Source of the DNA: a bacterium
GTDB taxonomy: Bacteria; Patescibacteriota; Saccharimonadia; CAILAD01; BJGX01
Direction: 5' to 3'
DNA length: 43,085 bases
Assembly (NCBI GenBank): GCA_037132395.1
Contig: JBAXPC010000003.1
Span: 1-43,085 of the forward strand
Every line of letters starts with the position of its first letter. Position 1 is the first letter of the stretch. The translations under genes were made by a program, and so were the position numbers. Below, piece by piece: positions 36,960 to 43,085 of this stretch. The notes beneath the pieces were generated by a model. The model was given only the letters and a program-made list of their open reading frames with translations. It was not told the DNA's origin and searched no databases.

Positions 36960-39800
36960 TCAGGGATAGATAGTTTGCACAGGGCCACTGGCAGGCAAAA
37001 AGCTAGCTTTAACATTTGAGCCTGAGCCGGTGATGCTATTCCAGCCTGTGCCACCCCAAGTAGCAGGCGAAGAAGACTTACTAGAACCAAAAGGCCCACC
37101 ATCTACATAGAGCTGAACGCTAAAAGCTCCTAGTGTGTAGGTGAATTGGCAGCTACTTCCCGTGCAGCTCAAGTTTGCACCACCAACCCCTGTAGCTGTA
37201 GCCGATACAGTATTGCTAGTGCCTGTGTAGTAGCCCGAGTCTGTTACTACCGCACTAAATTTGTGGACTCCAGCCGTTGGAGTGACAGTGGTACTAAAAG
37301 TTGGGCCGCTACCCGATTGTGTTGCGAGAATGTTTCCATCCATATAAAAAGCAACTTGGCTAATTGGGAACTTGCCCTGAGTAGTGGCTGCGGTAATATT
37401 AAAAGTGCTACCTGTGGTGGGGGTGGTCGTGATTGATACTACCGGCTGAGGATCGCCACACTGGTGGACATCGTCTTTTTCTGATGGGATACTTCCGCCC
37501 TGGGCGTACCCAAGCGAAGCGGCCAAAACCTGGACTGGTGGGTTCCACCTCGGGTACGAGGGGTCGGCTGGGGCTATCTCGGCCGTTATTAATGATCCGG
37601 TTATCTCCCTACGTGCGCCGGCAGGAGTACAGTCGGTAGCTAATTTGCCAGAAACAATATCAATAGTGGCTTTCTGGGAATCTTGAGCCTTTTCAACGTG
37701 ATACCAGCTCGGGAATATGTCTGTCCGCAATTTAGAGCCTGCTATCGGCGACTTACCAGTATTGGCATCAATGGTTTCTTGCTTTATGCCTGGCGGCCTA
37801 TCAAACTGCTCATTGGGATCATCCTTGGTTACCTCACGCATGTACTGATTCCATATCGGGGCCGCAACAATACTAGCAGCTTGGGTCATAGGAGTGTTGT
37901 CGTTATTGCCTGCCCAGGTTGCTGTTATGACTCTCTTCGTGAAGCCAATAGTCCAGGCGTCTCGGTAGTCTTCCGATGTACCAGTCTTGGCTGCTACGGT
38001 TTTATTAGGCAGTGTTAGCGGGTTATTACACGGAAATGTACCGTTACTACAACGCGCGTTATTATCAGACATAATATTACTTATCAAATAAGCTATTTGT
38101 GGATCCAGCACCTGCTTTGGTTTATTGTTTTCGGGTTTAGTATTGTCTTCAACGACTTTGCCGGAGCCGTCGGTAATCTTGAGCCAATAGACAGGGTCGT
38201 GGTGCTGGCCGTTAGTAGGAAACGCCGAATAAGCATTAACCATATCTACCATACGAACCTCTCCTGCCCCTAGAGCCATACTTAGGCCGTATTCATCGAC
38301 TGGCTTATCGTAGGTAGTTATACCCATATCTCGTGCTGTACCAATAAATTCTGGTATACCGCCAATGTAGAGGCCTTTTACCGCAGGTATATTAAGGGAG
38401 CTAGCTAAAGCTGTCCTGACAGACTGTACGCCATAAAATCTTCCCGTATAGTTTTTGGGAATATAAGGAGGAATACCTCCAAAATCGGTTTTGACATCGT
38501 ATATTGTACTGCCTGGCCCCCAGTTTTTCTTGAACAAACTAGCATATACTACAGGCTTAATAGACGAGCCGGGTTGTCTAAGCGCGGCAGCTACGTTATA
38601 AATACCAAATTCAGGGTTAGTGGCATCGTAACTCCCGACCATCACAAGCACCTGTCCGTTGTTTGGATCAGCCGAAACTAGTGCGGCGTTATCTCCACCA
38701 TAACCCCTAACAGAGTTAATATTTTTAAAAACAATCTGCTCAGCTAGTTTTTGTTTTGGAAGATCAATCGACGATATGACCTTGAACCCGCCTTCGTTGA
38801 CTCGCTTGATGCCATATTTTTCTTCTAATTGCTCGCGAATATACTGCACGAAGTGAGGAGCCTGGATGTTGGCATAAGGATTGTACGGCTTCAGTAGAGA
38901 CATGACATCTACCTTTTTAGCTTCAACGGCTTGGTCTCTTTTGATGTAGCCCTGATCCACGAGTATATCTAGCACACGATCTTTTTTATCGAGCAAGGCC
39001 TGCTTATTTTGTCCGTAAGGAGAGTAATAAGTTGGCGCCTGCGGAAGGCTAGCCAGAGTAGCACACTGGGCTAAGTTTAGGTCTTTGGCATCGATACCAA
39101 AGTACTGCTTGGAGGCAGCCTGAATACCATAGGCAGTTGATCCATAGGGTATTTCATTAAGGTAAAGCTTCAGGATGTCATCTTTTTTGTAAAGCTGCTC
39201 CATCTGTATAGACAAGATAAGCTCTTTTATTTTTCTAGTAAAAGTCCGCTCGTTGGTAAGCAGAGCATTTTTGACATACTGCTGGGTTATAGTCGAGCCA
39301 CCGCCCCTACTTGGGTCTTTGAATAGTATGCCCGTAAAGGCTCTGGCAATACCAGCCGGACTAAAGGCGCCTTGCTTATAAAAATTTTTGTCTTCCAGGG
39401 CAACCGTAGCATCCTTAATGCATTGTGGCATTTGATTGAACTCGATTATGCTGCGGTTTTTATCGCCATAAACTTCAATTAGGAGGTTTTCGCCGGTTCG
39501 GTCGTATATTTTGGTAGTCTGGGCACTGACTCGAGAGTTGATTTTATTCGGGCTTGGCAGGTCTTTGGCGAACCATAAGAACAAGCCAGCCAAAAGCAGT
39601 ACTGTAACAGCAGCAGTTATGCCATATATTTTTAGAGCTTTTTTGCTCGTAATGACCCGGATAATGTTTTTGTAGCGAAACCTGTCCCATCCCTTTGCTC
39701 GTGGCCTGGAAGGTGATTTTTTGCTACCCTTTGAGATGGTCGTATGCTTCACCACACGACGGGTAGATTTATTAGCTTTATTTGCTGGTTTGTTTGCCAT
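36960..39800 (-). CDS. Class A penicillin-binding protein (transglycosylase/transpeptidase) with C-terminal Ig-like domains
   Basis: EDKNFY, GGSTITQQ, RKIKE, YLN, PGSSIKP (SxxK), SLN, KTGT; Thr/Ser-rich beta C-terminus. Confidence 0.95.
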   Translation of the reverse strand: MANKPANKANKSTRRVVKHTTISKGSKKSPSRPRAKGWDRFRYKNIIRVITSKKALKIYGITAAVTVLLLAGLFLWFAKDLPSPNKINSRVSAQTTKIYDRTGENLLIEVYGDKNRSIIEFNQMPQCIKDATVALEDKNFYKQGAFSPAGIARAFTGILFKDPSRGGGSTITQQYVKNALLTNERTFTRKIKELILSIQMEQLYKKDDILKLYLNEIPYGSTAYGIQAASKQYFGIDAKDLNLAQCATLASLPQAPTYYSPYGQNKQALLDKKDRVLDILVDQGYIKRDQAVEAKKVDVMSLLKPYNPYANIQAPHFVQYIREQLEEKYGIKRVNEGGFKVISSIDLPKQKLAEQIVFKNINSVRGYGGDNAALVSADPNNGQVLVMVGSYDATNPEFGIYNVAAALRQPGSSIKPVVYASLFKKNWGPGSTIYDVKTDFGGIPPYIPKNYTGRFYGVQSVRTALASSLNIPAVKGLYIGGIPEFIGTARDMGITTYDKPVDEYGLSMALGAGEVRMVDMVNAYSAFPTNGQHHDPVYWLKITDGSGKVVEDNTKPENNKPKQVLDPQIAYLISNIMSDNNARCSNGTFPCNNPLTLPNKTVAAKTGTSEDYRDAWTIGFTKRVITATWAGNNDNTPMTQAASIVAAPIWNQYMREVTKDDPNEQFDRPPGIKQETIDANTGKSPIAGSKLRTDIFPSWYHVEKAQDSQKATIDIVSGKLATDCTPAGARREITGSLITAEIAPADPSYPRWNPPVQVLAASLGYAQGGSIPSEKDDVHQCGDPQPVVSITTTPTTGSTFNITAATTQGKFPISQVAFYMDGNILATQSGSGPTFSTTVTPTAGVHKFSAVVTDSGYYTGTSNTVSATATGVGGANLSCTGSSCQFTYTLGAFSVQLYVDGGPFGSSKSSSPATWGGTGWNSITGSGSNVKASFLPASGPVQTIYP

Positions 39801-40021
39801 AGAGTTATTACATTAAATTATATCACGACTTAGCTAATAAATTTATCGATAAGTTTGATTACAATATAACGCTATTGTTGGTATAATGTGACAGATATGA
39901 CTTTATTAATAGCGTGTAAATTTGAACACCACTCTTGGTATTTAAAGGCTTGATTTTAGCGTCAGCCGCAAGCTATTTGCTTAATTCTAATTAATAAATA
40001 AACTAATCTAAGGAAATTGAT

Positions 40022-41197
40022 ATGAAATCTAAGGATATACTAAATGACCTGCTAACTCGAAATGTCGAAGACCTGATAGTACGTAGCGAGCTCGAGAAAA
40101 AGCTAAAAAGCGGTAAAAAACTAAGAATTAAGCTCGGAATTGACCCAACCGGATCGAAAATACACATTGGCCGCGCTGTAGCCCTCTGGAAGCTAAGGCA
40201 ATTTCAGGATTTAGGACACCAGATAACATTTGTTGCAGGTACTTTTACAGCCCAAATTGGTGACACATCAGATAAGTTTTCGGAACGAAAAATGCTATCA
40301 AAAGAAGAGGTGGCTAAGAACTTCAAGTCGTACTACCAGCAGCTTTCTGTAGTCCTAGATATGGATAAGGTAGAGATGTTTCACAATGGTGATTGGTTTG
40401 AAAAAATGCAGCTAGATGAGTTTTTTAAGCTTACTAGCTTATTTACTATTCAGCAGATGACGGAGCGCGATAACTTCGCCAAGCGCATTGAGGCTAATAA
40501 ACCGGTCGGATTGCACGAAACGCTCTATGCCCTTCTGCAGGGTTACGATAGTGTCCAGATGAAAACAGATCTTGAAGTTGGAGGTACCGACCAGCTATTT
40601 AATATGCTGGCAGGCCGAACCGTCCAAAAAGCCTACGGCCAGGACCCTCAAAATGTTATGACTTTCCATATCCTAGAGGGTACAGACGGACGCAAAATGA
40701 GTACATCCTGGGGCAATTGTATATTCATTGACGATGAGCCACTCGATATGTACGGCAAAGTAATGACCATTCACGACGAGCTGATACCGGCGTATTTTAA
40801 GCTGGCCACTGACACACCTATGGATGTGGTTGCCCAAATCGAGAAAGGCATGTCGCTCGGCGATAACCCGCGTGACACCAAAGCCAGCCTGGCCCGCACT
40901 ATAGTAGCTCGCTATTACGACAACAAAATAGCTCTAAAGGCCGAAAAAGATTGGGAAAAACAGTTCATAGCTGGCGAGAAGCCATCTGATATCGAAACCT
41001 TCAAAACCAAAAAAGGCTCAGTTATTGATGTTGTGGCTCTCGCTTTTGATGTCAGCAAATCCGAAGCCCGACGACTATTGACTCAAGGCGGAATCAAAAT
41101 TAACGACGAGGTAATAAAGGACGCAGAGCACAAAATATCTGCAGACTGTTTATTACAGCTCGGTAAGAGACGCTACAAAAAAATCAAGATCAGTTAA
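40022..41197 (+). CDS. tyrS: Tyrosine--tRNA ligase
   Basis: GIDPTG..IHIG, LLQGYDS, GGTDQ.FN, KMSTS, C-terminal S4 domain. Confidence 0.97.
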   Translation: MKSKDILNDLLTRNVEDLIVRSELEKKLKSGKKLRIKLGIDPTGSKIHIGRAVALWKLRQFQDLGHQITFVAGTFTAQIGDTSDKFSERKMLSKEEVAKNFKSYYQQLSVVLDMDKVEMFHNGDWFEKMQLDEFFKLTSLFTIQQMTERDNFAKRIEANKPVGLHETLYALLQGYDSVQMKTDLEVGGTDQLFNMLAGRTVQKAYGQDPQNVMTFHILEGTDGRKMSTSWGNCIFIDDEPLDMYGKVMTIHDELIPAYFKLATDTPMDVVAQIEKGMSLGDNPRDTKASLARTIVARYYDNKIALKAEKDWEKQFIAGEKPSDIETFKTKKGSVIDVVALAFDVSKSEARRLLTQGGIKINDEVIKDAEHKISADCLLQLGKRRYKKIKIS

Positions 41198-41231
41198 GGC
41201 TATCGTTTTTTGTTCGTGTTAGAATATAGCT

Positions 41232-43085
41232 ATGACCACTAAAAGTTCGGTATCGAGGCTCAAGGGCGTTGGGCCTATTTTAGAAAAAGCCCTAGCTCAA
41301 GCTGGGATTTTTACAATCGCTGATTTGCTTAATTATTACCCCAGAAGGTGGGATAGCTACTTGGCGATCAAAAGTATTCGTGACATTCAGCCTGGGCTGG
41401 TTAGTTTTGAGGCTAAGGTTGAGCGAGTGGCAATGCGTATTAGCCATCGCAACCGTAGGTTAACAATTACCGAAGCTGTCCTGAGCGATGATACCGGCAC
41501 AATTAAGGCGATATGGTTTAATCAGCCATATCTAGCGCAGACACTTATCGCAAATAACACTTATCGCTTCAGGGGTAACTATGAGTACAAAAACGGCTAT
41601 ATTAGCCTCCAGGCACCGACTTTTGACAAAATCACCACTCGGCCACTCCGACAAGAGATAATACCAATCTACCCCGAAACCAAACAGCTCACCTCGACTA
41701 TTATTAGAAAGCTCATCGCTCAGTGTATTGATGTTAGCGACCAGCTCGAAGACACCCTTCCTGGTGTGATAGCAAAAGACCACGAGCTACTACCGAAATC
41801 AGCATCGATTCGTATCTTACATACCGCCGAGTCGGATGCCCAGCTCGATAGCGCCAAGCGTAGCATTAGCTTTGAGGAGATCTTTGAGCTGGTGTTGACT
41901 GGGCTGGTAATCAAACGAAACATCAAAACCTCCAAGGCTGTCGAGATAGAATATAAACCCGATGTTGCCCAGAAATTCGTAGGTCTGCTAGATTTTGAAC
42001 TAACCCCAGCCCAAAAAAAAGCTGCCCACACGGTCCTAGAGGATATTAGCAAAGACAGCCCGATGAACCGCCTCTTGGAAGGCGATGTTGGTAGCGGCAA
42101 GACTCTAGTGGCCCTAATGGCTTGCGTGATGGCCAAGCAGTCGGGTTATCAGTCTGCAATTATGGTACCAACCGAAATACTGGCTCGACAACACTTTTTA
42201 GGGTCACAAAAACTTCTCGATAGTATTGGCATGAAGTCTGTTTTGCTCATTTCTGATATGAAAAAATCAGACCGAGCAACGACTCTAGAGCTAATCAAAT
42301 CAGGCAAGGTCGATTGTGTAATTGGTACGCACGCCCTAATAAGTAGCGGATTAGAGTACCACAACCTCGGGCTGGTTGTGGTCGACGAGCAACATCGATT
42401 TGGGGTTAATCAGCGCTCAACTCTGAAAGGTAAAGCTAGTTCAATGCCGCATGTCCTGACCATGACTGCCACTCCGATTCCACGCAGCCTGGCGCTAGTG
42501 GTGTATGGCGATCTGGATGTTTCGATTATCGATGAGTTGCCGCCAGGCCGAAAGCCCATCACGACAAAGGTCGTGAAGGACAAAGACCGCATTCATGTCT
42601 ATAAGCACATCGACTCACTAATCGAACAAGGCCAACAGGCCTTCGTGGTTTGTCCGCTAATTTCCGAATCCGATAAGCTTGGAGTCAAGAGTGTCGAGGG
42701 TGAGTTTAGGGTTTTACAACAATCAGTCTTTAGGCACCGTCGCATCGGGCTTATTCATGGCAAGTTAAAATCAGACGAGAAGACGCAAATTATGAGCGAT
42801 TTTAAAGCTGGCAAGCTAGACATGCTAGTGGCAACTTCGGTTATCGAGGTGGGTGTTGATATACCCAATGCCTCAATCATGCTCATCGAGAGCGCCGAGC
42901 GCTTCGGGCTGGCAGCCCTGCACCAGCTGCGAGGCAGAGTTGGTCGAGGCAAGCACCAGTCGCACTGCTACCTATTTACGCCTAGCGACAACCCGGCTTC
43001 GTTAAAGCGGCTCGAAGCCCTCGAGAAGACGAGTGACGGCTTCCGACTCGCCCAGATTGATTTAGAGACGCGTGGGCCAGGCGAA
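41232..43085 (+). CDS. recG: ATP-dependent DNA helicase RecG (runs off the window end; absent from the ORF track)
   Basis: Manual translation from ATG 41232: LKGVGP, YYPRRW, WFNQPY, MNRLLEGDVGSGKT, DEQHRFGV.QR, MTATPIPRSL, LHQLRGRVGRG. Confidence 0.96.
   Translation, partial: MTTKSSVSRLKGVGPILEKALAQAGIFTIADLLNYYPRRWDSYLAIKSIRDIQPGLVSFEAKVERVAMRISHRNRRLTITEAVLSDDTGTIKAIWFNQPYLAQTLIANNTYRFRGNYEYKNGYISLQAPTFDKITTRPLRQEIIPIYPETKQLTSTIIRKLIAQCIDVSDQLEDTLPGVIAKDHELLPKSASIRILHTAESDAQLDSAKRSISFEEIFELVLTGLVIKRNIKTSKAVEIEYKPDVAQKFVGLLDFELTPAQKKAAHTVLEDISKDSPMNRLLEGDVGSGKTLVALMACVMAKQSGYQSAIMVPTEILARQHFLGSQKLLDSIGMKSVLLISDMKKSDRATTLELIKSGKVDCVIGTHALISSGLEYHNLGLVVVDEQHRFGVNQRSTLKGKASSMPHVLTMTATPIPRSLALVVYGDLDVSIIDELPPGRKPITTKVVKDKDRIHVYKHIDSLIEQGQQAFVVCPLISESDKLGVKSVEGEFRVLQQSVFRHRRIGLIHGKLKSDEKTQIMSDFKAGKLDMLVATSVIEVGVDIPNASIMLIESAERFGLAALHQLRGRVGRGKHQSHCYLFTPSDNPASLKRLEALEKTSDGFRLAQIDLETRGPGE

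Noticed and set aside
36823-36960. Weak hairpins between the PIN/TRAM gene and the PBP gene
   Set aside because: Short AT-rich stems consistent with ordinary termination between convergent genes; no ncRNA signature recognised.

Overview
A gene-dense bacterial chromosomal segment using the standard code. Gene content and order (uvrC-holin-secG-orphan peptide-binding protein, gatCA-x-gatB, YtxH/DUF5665-like, lemA, clpC-radA-PIN/TRAM) suggest a Patescibacteria/CPR genome, possibly Saccharibacteria-like; this is inferred from recall, not a search. Most of it is housekeeping: class II photolyase, uvrC, secG, folD, ligA, gatCAB, dnaE, rplS, rnhB, yraN, nusA, clpC, radA, class A PBP, tyrS and a truncated recG. 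Six tRNAs lie at 9.2-12.5 kb, with a small accessory zone at about 10.7-14.4 kb. Non-coding highlights: (1) a ~185-nt rod-like hairpin between yraN and nusA whose arm differences are almost all G-U/G-T wobbles on the minus strand, a candidate structured ncRNA or ssDNA element; (2) a single orphan gene within the tRNA cluster, flanked by two copies of a long palindrome and by a 33-bp duplication of the tRNA-Val promoter; (3) -10 boxes 6-9 nt before many start codons, suggesting widespread leaderless mRNAs. Coding highlights: an Rpf-like transglycosylase, an inserted GPAT-like acyltransferase, a membrane-anchored HEPN-motif protein inside gatCAB, a disrupted helicase IV, and Cys-free UvrC/LigA metal-binding regions. 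tRNA-Gly carries a U19-A56 elbow. All family calls come from motif recognition by eye; no database searches were run.
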